Below are positions 28,839 to 38,297 of a stretch of DNA of 64,000 nt, piece after piece. Source of the stretch: an uncultured Chloroflexia bacterium (GTDB lineage Bacteria; Chloroflexota; Dehalococcoidia; UBA2979); NCBI GenBank assembly GCA_963728205.1, contig CAVSIV010000006.1, positions 1,120,001 through 1,184,000 of the forward strand, written 5' to 3'. Each line of letters starts with the position of its first letter. Within the stretch, counting starts at the first letter, position 1. Position numbers and translations under genes: made by a program. Under the pieces are notes generated by a model. It was given only the letters and a program-made list of their open reading frames with translations. It was not told the origin of the DNA and searched no databases.

Positions 28839-29306
28839 TCAGAAGGGCTTGAAGACCGGGAGCCAGACCATGATCGGGATGGTCAACGCGATCAGCGTAC
28901 CGAAGACGATCGGCACGTTGTCGGCCAGCACGTCGCGCAGCTCCGGCGTCACAGCCCCGCGCTTGCGCGCCTGCAGGGCAACGACGCGCACCCGCCGCAG
29001 CCCGACGCCCATCAGCGGCAAGAACACGAAGATGTCGATGCCGAGGATCACCTGCAGTGCGACCAGCCATCCGGTCGTCACCACGTTGTAGTTCGCCGAC
29101 GCCGCCCACGCATAGCCCGAGAACACCGTCGCGATCATGCCGGGCAGCAGCCAGGTCGTCTCGTTCTGCTGCGCCTCGACGAGCATCAGGGCTTTGTCGT
29201 CGATCTCGCTCGTGAACCACGCGCGCCAGATCGGCACGACGGTGTTCCCGATCCCGGCCATCAGCCAGAACAGCGCGAGGATGTGCAGGAAGCGCCAGAA
29301 GCTCAC
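28839..29306 (-). CDS. Integral membrane protein (DUF2269-like)
   Basis: GTG at 29306 overlapping the pyrG stop; FLHIL N-terminus, four TM helices, C-terminal VFKPF. Confidence 0.65.
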   Translation of the reverse strand: MSFWRFLHILALFWLMAGIGNTVVPIWRAWFTSEIDDKALMLVEAQQNETTWLLPGMIATVFSGYAWAASANYNVVTTGWLVALQVILGIDIFVFLPLMGVGLRRVRVVALQARKRGAVTPELRDVLADNVPIVFGTLIALTIPIMVWLPVFKPF

Positions 29307-30979
29307 GCCCCGCCGGCCCCCGTCGGGGCCACCGCTTCGTGCCGCGCGACGGTGCCGTCCTCGCCGCGCCCGGCCGCGTCCGCGTGGGCCACGGCGGCGC
29401 CGACGAAGTCGCGGAACAGCGGGTTCGGCCGGTTGGGGCGACTCGTGAATTCCGGGTGGAACTGCGCGCCGACCATCCACGGGTGATCGCGCAGCTCGAC
29501 GATCTCGACGAGCTGCCCGTCGGCGGTGCGGCCGGCGACCACGAGCCCGTGCTGCTCGAGCTGCGCGACGAACTCGTTGTTCACCTCGTAGCGGTGGCGG
29601 TGACGCTCGCGCACCATCTCGGCGCCGCCGTAGGCGGCCGCAGCACGGGTGCCCGGCGTGAGGCGACAGTCGTAGCCGCCGAGGCGCATGGTGCCGCCCA
29701 GGTCGTGCACCTCTCGCTGCTCGGAGAGCAGCGAGATCACGGGGAACGGCGTGCGCGGGTCGGCTTCCGTTGTGTTCGCCGCCGGCATCTCGGCGACGTG
29801 GCGCGCAAACTCGACGACGAGCATCTGGAGCCCGAGACAGTCGCCCAGGTAGGGGATCCCGCCTTCGCGCGCGTAGCGCACGGCGCTGATCTTCCCCTCC
29901 AGGCCGCGGTCGCCGAAGCCGGGGCACAGCAGGATGCCGTCGACGTCGCCGATCACCTCTTCCGGCGAGCGGCGCTCGAGCTCCTCCGAGTGCACCCAGT
30001 GCAGGTCGAGCGCGGCGGAGTGGTGCACACCGGCGTGCACCAGCGCCTCTTTGATCGACAGGTAGGCGTCGTGCAGCTCGACGTACTTCCCGACCACCGC
30101 GACGCGCGCGAACGTCCGCGGGTTGCGCAGGCGCTCGACGAACGAGCGCCACTCCTCGAGCGACTGCGTCTTCTCGCCGGTGCCGAGGTGGCGCACCACG
30201 AGGTCCCCGAGCCCGGCGGCCTCGAGAATCAGCGGCACCTCGTAGATGGAGTCCGCGGTCTCGAGCGCGATCACCGCCTGCCGCTCGATGTTGCAGAACA
30301 GCGCGATCTTGTCGCGCAGCGCCTCGGCGACGGGGAAGTCCGAGCGCGCGAGGATCACGTCCGGCTGAATCCCGAAGGTGCGCAGCTCGCGCACGGAGTG
30401 CTGCGTGGGCTTCGTCTTCAGCTCGCGCGTCGCGCCGATGTACGGCAGCAACGTCACGTGGATCGACATCGTGTCCTCGCGGCCGGCGGCGTGCCGCATC
30501 TGGCTGATCGCCTCGAGGAACGGCTGGCTCTCGATGTCGCCGACGGTGCCGCCGACCTCGACGACGACGACGTCGGCGCGCAGCGCCTGCCCGGCGAGCC
30601 GGATGCGCCGCTTGATCTCGTTCGTGACGTGCGGGATCGCCTGGATCGTGCCGCCGAGGTAGTCGCCGCGGCGCTCCTTGCGGATCACCTCGTCGTAGAT
30701 CTGGCCGCTCGACGACGAGTTGGCCGCCGTCAGCCCTTCGTCCAGGAAGCGCTCGTAGTGACCGAGGTCGAGGTCGGTCTCGGCACCGTCGTCGGTGACG
30801 AAGACCTCGCCGTGCTGGTACGGCGACATCGTGCCGGGGTCGACGTTGATGTACGGATCGAGCTTGAGGATGGAGACCGCGAGCCCCCGCGACTTGAGGA
30901 TGCGGCCGAGGGAGGCGGTGACGATGCCCTTTCCGACAGAGCTGACGACACCACCGGTCACGAAGATGTACTTGGTCAT
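29303..30979 (-). CDS. pyrG: CTP synthase
   Basis: TKYIFVTGGVVSSVGKG, DPYINVDPGTMSPYQHGEV, GDCLGLQ, QFHPEF. Confidence 0.99.
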   Translation of the reverse strand: MTKYIFVTGGVVSSVGKGIVTASLGRILKSRGLAVSILKLDPYINVDPGTMSPYQHGEVFVTDDGAETDLDLGHYERFLDEGLTAANSSSSGQIYDEVIRKERRGDYLGGTIQAIPHVTNEIKRRIRLAGQALRADVVVVEVGGTVGDIESQPFLEAISQMRHAAGREDTMSIHVTLLPYIGATRELKTKPTQHSVRELRTFGIQPDVILARSDFPVAEALRDKIALFCNIERQAVIALETADSIYEVPLILEAAGLGDLVVRHLGTGEKTQSLEEWRSFVERLRNPRTFARVAVVGKYVELHDAYLSIKEALVHAGVHHSAALDLHWVHSEELERRSPEEVIGDVDGILLCPGFGDRGLEGKISAVRYAREGGIPYLGDCLGLQMLVVEFARHVAEMPAANTTEADPRTPFPVISLLSEQREVHDLGGTMRLGGYDCRLTPGTRAAAAYGGAEMVRERHRHRYEVNNEFVAQLEQHGLVVAGRTADGQLVEIVELRDHPWMVGAQFHPEFTSRPNRPNPLFRDFVGAAVAHADAAGRGEDGTVARHEAVAPTGAGGA

Positions 30980-31084
30980 AGGGCCTCGGGTGCGGCGGGG
31001 AGGCGCCCGGTTTGGCCCAGTTTCCGTGGTCGCCGAGGGGGTGTCAAACCGCGCCCCCGCGGGACGGCCGGGCGGCTGCCCGCG

Positions 31085-31810
31085 CTACATCCGCTCCTTC
31101 CATCCAACCTTGATCAACCAGGCGTTCGCCGGGTACGCGGTGAAGAATCCGAGGATCATCGCGAGCGCCATGCAGACCCAGTAGGTCGCGGTCGTCTTCG
31201 GGAGGGGATCGGGGAAGATCACCTCCTGGTAGAGCCACATCCCGAAGAAGAGGCCGACCTGGAACGCGAGGATGGACAGCGTGTCGGCCTTGATCGCCGC
31301 CCAGATGCCGCGCAGTGGCGACAGCCCGCGCATCGGGACGATGGCGAAGTACTGGAACGCGATCCCAATGGTCCACGCGGCGACGAAATCCGCCGGGAAG
31401 TCGGCGTAGAGCGCCTTTCCGGCGATCGTCCAGCCGGCCGCGAGCACGAGCCACTCCGCGACGATGTCGCCGAGCGTGCAGCCGCCGCCGCAGTGCGCGA
31501 CGCCCTTCGCGACCTGCCACCAGCGCAGCGGCTCGTCGTCGGAATCGCCGCGGTCTCCCCCGCCCCGCTCCCCCGCGGCCGGCTCCTCGCCGCGGCGCGT
31601 CGCCATGCGACGGCCGTAGCGGAGGTAGAACCAGATCGCCGCGGGTCCCCAGTAGAGAGCATTGATCGGATAGACGGCCTCCATGACGCGCATGCGCTGC
31701 CGGTACCCGCGTCCGTAGATGTCGTAGAGGACGTAGGCGGCAGAGGCGAAGACGATGGCGAGCGCTGCCCACGCCACCGCCTCGAGCCAGCCCGGCGGAT
31801 CGAACTCCAT
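31085..31810 (-). CDS. DUF4396-family membrane protein
   Basis: HCGGGCTLGDI motif, FQYFAI, TAYPANAWLIKVGWKERM. Confidence 0.8.
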   Translation of the reverse strand: MEFDPPGWLEAVAWAALAIVFASAAYVLYDIYGRGYRQRMRVMEAVYPINALYWGPAAIWFYLRYGRRMATRRGEEPAAGERGGGDRGDSDDEPLRWWQVAKGVAHCGGGCTLGDIVAEWLVLAAGWTIAGKALYADFPADFVAAWTIGIAFQYFAIVPMRGLSPLRGIWAAIKADTLSILAFQVGLFFGMWLYQEVIFPDPLPKTTATYWVCMALAMILGFFTAYPANAWLIKVGWKERM

Positions 31811-31915
31811 GGGCCCCTCCCGTGCTCGCTGGGACCCGACCCTCTTCCTCTCAGGCTACGGGACCCTCGCGAGCGCGGGCCGCGCGCATCGGCGAGAGGA
31901 ACGGCCGGACATACC

Positions 31916-31943
31916 ACAGGGCCCCTCCTCGGAGGGGCCCTGT
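31916..31943 (-). terminator. Hairpin after the AOR stop codon
   Basis: acagggcccctc-ctcg-gaggggccctgt, 12-bp stem. Confidence 0.7.
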
Positions 31944-31973
31944 TGCCGCGGCGTGCTGCCGGCGGACGGGTGA

Positions 31974-33842
31974 CTAGACGCCCAGCGCCTCCGCCACGTC
32001 CTGCAGGCCGAGCGACTCGAGCTTCGCGCGGCTCGGCGCGCTCGTCTCCTGGTCCCAGCCGGCCTCGTCGTACCACTCGCGCTTCATCGTCTCGAGATCG
32101 ATCGTGAAGCCCTCGTGCGGGCCCGCGGCGAGCGCCGGCTGACCGAGGATGCGCCCGGGGACCTTGCGCTTCGCGGGGTTGTTGCCGTGCTTCACCGCGA
32201 AGGCAAGGCGCAGGTTGGCGATGCGCTCGCCCACCTGGTCCAGTTCCTCGTGCGTGGTGTCCCAGCCGGTCACGAGGTTGATCCACTCGGGGATCCGGCT
32301 GGTCGGCGCCATCGTGTAGATGAAGTAGCACATGCCGGCCGAGTTCATGATGTGCGCCTGCTCGTGCGCCGCCTTGTGGATCTTGCCGCGGCCGGCGAAC
32401 TGCTTCTTGTCCTCGGGCGGCTTCGGCATCGTCGGGAACTTCGACGACTTGCCCGGCGACCACAGCGTGTGGCGCGCCGGCGTCGGGTCGAGCGCGTAGG
32501 ACGCCGCGAAGCCGATGTCGAGCTTCGGGTCGTGCATCGGCGGCTCCTCGCCGTCGATCGACGTGACGTACTGCTCGGCCTGCGCGCCGATCTTCTCGGC
32601 GGCAACCCGCGAGCCGTCCGCGAGCAGGTCGCCGAGCCGGCCCTCGCGCCGGCCGATCTTGTGCAACGCCTGCATCATCGCCGTGGCGTTGCCCCAGCGC
32701 AGGTCGATGCCGTCGGTGTCCTCCTTGGTGAGGACGCCGTTCTCGAAGCACTCGATCGCGAAGCCGATGGTCGCGCCGGTCGAGATCGTGTCGAGCCCGT
32801 ACTGGTTGGCCCAGTGGTTCGCCGCGATCATCGCGTTGACGTCGTTGATGCCGTTGGACGCGCCCAGCGAGCCCATGGACTCGTACTCGGGGCGATGCGT
32901 GTGCAGCGGGAACGAGAACTCGCCACGGTCGCTGCCGTCGACCGACTCGGCGCCGCATGCCACCGGGCAGTGCCAGCAGGCGTACTTCTTCTCCATGTCC
33001 TGGTTGACGTTCGGGCCCGTCATGTTCGACGTGTCCTGGTCGCCGACCAGGTCGACCACGCCGACGCCGCCCCAGTTCTTCACCGGCATATCGCCGTTGA
33101 TCGCCGAGTTCGCGGTGATGCCCGTGGTGCCGAACGTCGTGAAGAACTGCTTCGTGCCCTTGTTGAAGCCCTCGAGGCTGCTCTTCACGGTGAGCAGCAC
33201 GTCCTTGTTCTGAGCCATGATCTTCGCGGTCGGCTTGCAGACGACGGCCTTGAGCTTCTTCGAGCCCATCACGGCACCGACACCGGAGCGGGCGGCGAGG
33301 CGCCCGCGCTCGTTCGCGATGCCCGCCATCAGGTTCAGGTTCTCACCGGCCGGGCCGATCAGCGCGACGCTGATCTTCTTGCCCAGCTCCTCCTTCATCT
33401 GGTCCTCGACGTCGATCGCGAGCCCACCCCAGTACTGCGAGGCGTCGCGCAGCTCCACGGTGTCGTCGTCGATGTAGAGGTAGACGGGGTGGTCGGACTG
33501 GCCGGAGAAGAGGATGCCGTCGTAGCCGACGAACTTGAGCGCCGGGCCGAAGTCGCCGCCGCAGTTGGCGTCGCCCCAGCCGTTGTTCTTCGGCGACTTG
33601 CAGACGACCTGGAAGCGCTGGCCGAACAGCGGCGTGCCGGTAAGCAGGCCGGGGAAGATGCCGAGGATGTTGTCGGGGCCGAGCGGGTCGGCGCCGGCAG
33701 GGATGCGGTCGAACAACAGCCGCGAGCCGAGGCCGTACCCACCGAGGAGCGAGCGATACATCTGCTCCGGGATGTCCTCGGGCTCGATCTCGCCCGTGGT
33801 TAGATTCACGTTCAGGATGCGGCCGTTGATCGCCTCTGCCAC
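31974..33842 (-). CDS. Aldehyde:ferredoxin oxidoreductase family (tungsten/molybdopterin) enzyme
   Basis: GTG at 33842; RILNVNLT, IGPAGEN, ARSGVGAVMGSKKLKA, CWHCPVAC, PEYES, YGLDTISTG, HDP. Confidence 0.92.
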   Translation of the reverse strand: MAEAINGRILNVNLTTGEIEPEDIPEQMYRSLLGGYGLGSRLLFDRIPAGADPLGPDNILGIFPGLLTGTPLFGQRFQVVCKSPKNNGWGDANCGGDFGPALKFVGYDGILFSGQSDHPVYLYIDDDTVELRDASQYWGGLAIDVEDQMKEELGKKISVALIGPAGENLNLMAGIANERGRLAARSGVGAVMGSKKLKAVVCKPTAKIMAQNKDVLLTVKSSLEGFNKGTKQFFTTFGTTGITANSAINGDMPVKNWGGVGVVDLVGDQDTSNMTGPNVNQDMEKKYACWHCPVACGAESVDGSDRGEFSFPLHTHRPEYESMGSLGASNGINDVNAMIAANHWANQYGLDTISTGATIGFAIECFENGVLTKEDTDGIDLRWGNATAMMQALHKIGRREGRLGDLLADGSRVAAEKIGAQAEQYVTSIDGEEPPMHDPKLDIGFAASYALDPTPARHTLWSPGKSSKFPTMPKPPEDKKQFAGRGKIHKAAHEQAHIMNSAGMCYFIYTMAPTSRIPEWINLVTGWDTTHEELDQVGERIANLRLAFAVKHGNNPAKRKVPGRILGQPALAAGPHEGFTIDLETMKREWYDEAGWDQETSAPSRAKLESLGLQDVAEALGV

Positions 33843-34041
33843 GCTCGTCCCCTTACTGCTGTCGCTGTCGTGCGGTGGGCCTTCCGCCGCGCCGCGCCCG
33901 GTCCGTGGACAGGACCGCGCGGCACACCGGCCCCGTGTTGCCGGGCCATACGCGCCCACCTAGGCTGATGGACCGCCGGGCCCGCCCACGCGCGTAAGCG
34001 TACAGCGTGTACGCATCGCGCGTGATCAGATTGGACCGCTG

Positions 34042-35319
34042 GTGTCGAACGATTTGGAAATTACCACACTCGATAATGGGCTGCGTGTGCTCACGACGCC
34101 CCTCCCCACCGCTCAGTCGGCGGCGGTGGCGCTCTTCGTCGGCGTCGGGTCGCGAGACGAGACGCCGCGCACCAACGGCCTTTCGCACTACATCGAGCAC
34201 ATGCTGTTCAAGGGCACCGAGCGGCGCCCCGACGCCGCGCTGATCTCCCAGGCCATCGAGGGCGCGGGCGGTGGACTCAACGCCTACACGACGAAGGAGC
34301 TCACCTGCTACTGGGCAAACCTGCCCTACGAGCGGTGCGAGACCGGCATCGATGTGCTCGCCGACATGCTGCAGCACAGCCTGCTGCAGCCCGAGGAGAT
34401 CGAGCGCGAGCGGACCGTCGTCCAGCAGGAGATCCGGCGCGCGCATGACAGCCCGGGCGCGTACGTGGGCGAGCTGCTCGGAACGGCGATCTACGGCGAT
34501 CAGCCGATCGGCTGGCCGGTCGCCGGGTCGCTCGAGACCGTCGCCGCGGTGCAGCGCGACGACATCGTGCAGCACCTGGCGGCGTTCTACCGCGCGTCGG
34601 ACTGCGTGCTCTCGGTCGCCGGGAACGTGACACACGAGGCCGTGGTGGAGGCGGCGGCGCGCCACCTCGCGGACTTCAGCGCCGGGACGCCGCCACAGCC
34701 GCCGGCGTCGCGCTGGGGGCGTCCCGCGGACTACATCCACATCGCCGAGCGCGATCTCGAGCAGACGAACGTCGCGCTCTCGATGCAGGCGCTCGCGCGG
34801 CGCGACCCCGACCGCTACGCGCTCGACATCATGAACACCGCGCTTGGTCGCGGGATGTCGTCACGCCTCTTCAAGGAGGTGCGCGAGCGTCGCGGGCTCG
34901 CCTACTCGGTGTCCTCGGGCGCGACGCGCTACCAGGACATCGGCACGCTGACGGTGAGCGCCGGCGTCACGCGGCAGCACCAGGAGGAGGCGCTGCGCGT
35001 GATCCTCGCCGAGCTGCACCGACTGGTGAGCGAGCCGATGCCGGAGGACGAGCTCCAGCGCACGAAGGACTTCGCCGTCGGGAGCTTCCGGCTGTCGCTC
35101 GAGACGCCGATGGCGCTCGGTCAGCGGCGCGGGAACCAGCTGCTGCAGGACGGCGAGATCGAGCCCGCCGACGTGACCGTCGAGCGCCTGCGCGCGGTGA
35201 CCGCGGACGACGTGCGCCGCGTCGCGGAGCGCGTGATCGGGCCCGCGCAGTTCGCGCTTGCGGTCGTCGGACCGTCGGCGTCCAGCGACACGCTGGACGC
35301 GATCCTCGCAGGCGCGTGA
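34042..35319 (+). CDS. M16 (pitrilysin-family) zinc peptidase
   Basis: Inverted zincin HYIEH, NAYT, GMSSRLFKEVRERRGLAYSV. Confidence 0.93.
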   Translation: MSNDLEITTLDNGLRVLTTPLPTAQSAAVALFVGVGSRDETPRTNGLSHYIEHMLFKGTERRPDAALISQAIEGAGGGLNAYTTKELTCYWANLPYERCETGIDVLADMLQHSLLQPEEIERERTVVQQEIRRAHDSPGAYVGELLGTAIYGDQPIGWPVAGSLETVAAVQRDDIVQHLAAFYRASDCVLSVAGNVTHEAVVEAAARHLADFSAGTPPQPPASRWGRPADYIHIAERDLEQTNVALSMQALARRDPDRYALDIMNTALGRGMSSRLFKEVRERRGLAYSVSSGATRYQDIGTLTVSAGVTRQHQEEALRVILAELHRLVSEPMPEDELQRTKDFAVGSFRLSLETPMALGQRRGNQLLQDGEIEPADVTVERLRAVTADDVRRVAERVIGPAQFALAVVGPSASSDTLDAILAGA

Positions 35320-35335
35320 TCGCGCGGCCCCTTCG

Positions 35336-36334
35336 GTGACGGACGAGCGCGCGGTCGACGCGGCCGACGTCGTCGCGATCGTGCGAGCGTCGGGGCTCGC
35401 GGTCACGGGCGCCGTCACCGCGCTCGACGCCGGCGTCAGCGTCGAGGCGTGGCGCGCGGAGAGCGACGGCGGGCCGCTCGTGGTGCTCGTCGAGCGCGCG
35501 GGCCTCGCGGGCGGCGAGCGCCGGCAGCGCGCCGCTTTCGAGGCGCGCCACGCGCTGCTCGCGCAGCTGCACCCTCGCGACCCGCGCTGCCCGCGCCCGC
35601 TCGCGACGCAGGCGGACGCCGGCGCGGCCGACCCGCTCAGCGGCGCGCGCTCCTGGGCCGTCGCGACGTTCGTCGCGGGCACGCCGCTCGATCCCGATCG
35701 CCACGCGGACGCTGCCCGCGAGCTCGGCGTGCTGCTGCGCGCGCTGCACGACCTCCCCGCCGCCGGCCACGGCATGCTCGCCGACGAGCGCGGCGCGCTG
35801 CGCGGGCTCGCCGACGACCCCACGGCGGGCCTGCTGCTGCGCTGGCCGTGGCTGTGGCCCTTCGACGGCCGCCCGCTCGTCGCGCACCCGGTCGTGCGCG
35901 CGGCGCCCGCCCTCGTCGGCGGGCTCGCCGCGCTGCGCGCGCCACTGCTGCGCTGGGCCGACCCCGCCATCCCCACCGCCGTCTGCCACGGCGACCTCAA
36001 GCCCAACCACGCGCGCATCGACGCCGACGGGCGCCTCGCCGGCCTGATCGACTTCGGGGACGCCATGGTCGCGCCGCGCGCGTGGGACCTCGCGACGTTC
36101 GCGTGGCACGCCGGGTGGCCGGCGGTCGACGCGCTGCTCGAGGGCTACGAACCGAAGCGGCTCCTGCGCGAGTCGCTGCGAGCCGAGGCGGAGCACCTCG
36201 TCGTGCCGCTGGTGCTCGGGTACTTCGAGCGCGACGTCCGGCGGGGCGCACCGGCCGGCGAGACGGGGGAAGCGCCCCGGACGCTGGCGTTCCTGGCGGA
36301 CGCCGTGCCCCGGGCACTGCGCCACGCTCGCTGA
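35336..36334 (+). CDS. Aminoglycoside phosphotransferase/choline kinase-like protein
   Basis: CHGDLKPNH and GLIDFGD motifs; GTG start at 35336. Confidence 0.75.
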   Translation: MTDERAVDAADVVAIVRASGLAVTGAVTALDAGVSVEAWRAESDGGPLVVLVERAGLAGGERRQRAAFEARHALLAQLHPRDPRCPRPLATQADAGAADPLSGARSWAVATFVAGTPLDPDRHADAARELGVLLRALHDLPAAGHGMLADERGALRGLADDPTAGLLLRWPWLWPFDGRPLVAHPVVRAAPALVGGLAALRAPLLRWADPAIPTAVCHGDLKPNHARIDADGRLAGLIDFGDAMVAPRAWDLATFAWHAGWPAVDALLEGYEPKRLLRESLRAEAEHLVVPLVLGYFERDVRRGAPAGETGEAPRTLAFLADAVPRALRHAR

Positions 36335-36356
36335 CGGCGCCGCGGCGCGCACGGAA

Positions 36357-36385
36357 GAGCCCCCGGCGGGGGGAGCCGGGGGCTC
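36357..36385. terminator. Hairpin between convergent genes
   Basis: gagcccccggc-gggggga-gccgggggctc, 11-bp stem. Confidence 0.65.
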
Positions 36386-36421
36386 GGGGCACACGACGTC
36401 GTGCGCAGCAGACCGGGCGCG

Positions 36422-37036
36422 CTAGCCGCCGGCAGGCGACCCCGCCGCGCCCGTTCTCGACGGGGGACTCGCGGCGATCAACCCCGGGTCCCACGGCGTA
36501 CCGAGCATCGGCAGCACCCAGCGGTCCATACCGATGCGGCCCGCGACCTTCCAGGCCAGGAGGATCAGGATCCCCAGCAGGAAGAGGACCGGGTTCGTGC
36601 TCGCGCTCCCGGCGAGCATGAAGTTGAAGTTCATCGTGATGCCGCCCAGCGCCGCGAAGCCGGTGAGCAGCCCGATGATCAGGCCGATGCCCACGAAGAA
36701 CTCACCGAAAGCGATGATCCAGGCGAACCAGTGGTACCAGCCGTGGTCGAGCATGAACTGGATGAACGCGCGATACCAGTCGTAGCGAATCGGCGCCGAC
36801 CCGGTCGCCGGGACGGCCACGATGCGCTTCCAGAAGCCTTCGAGCCCGACGCCGCCGTTCGTGATCCAGTTTCCGCCGTGGATCTTCTCCCAGCCGGCGT
36901 TCAGCCACTGCCAGCCGACGTACGTACGGACGATCAGCCACAGCGGCGCCATCATCGTGTTCGCGAAGAGCATGCGGTACCACGCCGGGTCCCGCAGCTC
37001 GTGACTGCGCGAGAGCTCGGTCAGCCGGAAGCTCAT
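36422..37036 (-). CDS. DoxX/DoxD (TQO small subunit-like) membrane protein
   Basis: ATG at 37036; RTYVGWQWLNAGWEKI, GEFFVGIGLIIG, MNFNFMLAGSASTNP. Confidence 0.85.
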   Translation of the reverse strand: MSFRLTELSRSHELRDPAWYRMLFANTMMAPLWLIVRTYVGWQWLNAGWEKIHGGNWITNGGVGLEGFWKRIVAVPATGSAPIRYDWYRAFIQFMLDHGWYHWFAWIIAFGEFFVGIGLIIGLLTGFAALGGITMNFNFMLAGSASTNPVLFLLGILILLAWKVAGRIGMDRWVLPMLGTPWDPGLIAASPPSRTGAAGSPAGG

Positions 37037-37230
37037 GACGCCCTCCTCCCGCTCTCGTCCGGATGCACCACCCACTCGCCGATCGCCCACGCGACGATCA
37101 CCGCCGCGAGGACGGGGAAGAAGCTCCAGAGCTTGTTCTCGAAGCTGGCCGCCATGATGACCGCGAACACCGCCACCGCGGCCCAGGTGGCCAACCCGAG
37201 GATGAGTTTGCCGATTTCGCTTTCCGACAT
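37033..37230 (-). CDS. Small two-TM hypothetical membrane protein, coupled to the doxD-like gene
   Basis: GGAGGAG RBS before ATG 37230; 65 aa, two hydrophobic helices; ATGA overlap. Confidence 0.65.
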   Translation of the reverse strand: MSESEIGKLILGLATWAAVAVFAVIMAASFENKLWSFFPVLAAVIVAWAIGEWVVHPDESGRRAS

Positions 37231-37376
37231 GTTCCGCTCTACTCCTCCAACCAGTGTCCCTGTGAGCATCTCACTGACGCTCACCCGGGACCTCCGCGTG
37301 GACTCCCCCTGCCCACGTCATCGACCATCCTAATTTCGCTTGTGCTCTCGCAGAAGGACGACCGCCTACCGTCGCT

Positions 37377-37392
37377 GGTGACGAAAGTCCCC
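37377..37392 (-). promoter_or_regulatory. DosR/DevR-like palindrome (GGGGACTTTCGTCACC)
   Basis: Matches the GGGAC-N4-GTC(A/C)C pattern; about 45 bp upstream of a TAGGAT -10 at 37327-37332. Confidence 0.4.
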
Positions 37393-37482
37393 TGTGTGCC
37401 TGCGGAACGAATGGCAGCAAAGCCTCCCGCTGGCTCGTCGCCGCGCGACGGGTAGGATCGCGCGGGACGGGGAGGGTGGCCC

Positions 37483-38205
37483 ATGCCGCACGTCGAGACG
37501 CCGCACGGTATTCGGATTCGCTACGACGATCGCGGGCGGCGCGACGGCCGTCCCATCGTCCTCGCCCACGGGTTCGGCGTGGGGCTCGAGATGTGGTTCC
37601 CGCAGCTGCGCGACCTCTCGCAGGCGCATCGCCTGATCACGTGGGACGCGCGCGGCCACGGCGGCAGCAGCGCGCCGGACGACCGCGCGACCTACACGAT
37701 GCCGGCACTCGCGCGGGACCTCCGGGCGCTGCTCGAGGCGCTCGACGCAGTGGATGGAGCGGTGATCGGCGGGATGTCGTTCGGCGGAATGATCGCGTTG
37801 CAGTACGCGGTCGACCACGCCGCGGACGTCCACGCGCTGATTCTGTCCGACACGACGACCCGCGGATCGGACGAGGGCCGCGGGCGCGAAGCATCGCCGC
37901 CGGAGTGGGCCGGCGACCCCGGCCTCGAGGGAGCGATGCACGCGATGGCAACCCGGCCCGACCTCACGCCGCGATTGCACGTGCTCGAGGTGCCGACGCT
38001 GGTGCTGGTGGGCACCGAGGACGACCGCATCCTGCGCGGCCTGGACCGCCTGATCGACGGGCTGCCGCACCGGCGGGTGGTGCGTCTCGTGGACTGCGAG
38101 CACGGCACGTCGGGCCAGCGGCCCGGTGCGTGGAACACCGCGGTGCTCGACTTCCTCGCGGACGTCGACGCCGGCACGACGCTCGGCGAAGACCGCACCG
38201 TCTGA
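37483..38205 (+). CDS. Alpha/beta hydrolase
   Basis: LAHGFG, WDARGHG, nucleophile elbow GMSFGG, GTED, EH. Confidence 0.9.
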   Translation: MPHVETPHGIRIRYDDRGRRDGRPIVLAHGFGVGLEMWFPQLRDLSQAHRLITWDARGHGGSSAPDDRATYTMPALARDLRALLEALDAVDGAVIGGMSFGGMIALQYAVDHAADVHALILSDTTTRGSDEGRGREASPPEWAGDPGLEGAMHAMATRPDLTPRLHVLEVPTLVLVGTEDDRILRGLDRLIDGLPHRRVVRLVDCEHGTSGQRPGAWNTAVLDFLADVDAGTTLGEDRTV

Positions 38206-38297
38206 CCGAGCGGGCCGGCGATGGCCGTGACGCCGGCCGCCGTGCGCCCGTAGCATGCCGCGCGCACGCATCCATCAGGCGGAACACGGGAGGTGCC

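Noticed and set aside
29339-32107. 922-aa + strand ORF opposite pyrG/DUF4396
   Set aside because: Antisense artefact without recognisable domains.
35336-36334. APH-like gene as an antibiotic-resistance determinant
   Set aside because: Only generic kinase-fold motifs, host-like GC and no mobile context; the substrate cannot be inferred.
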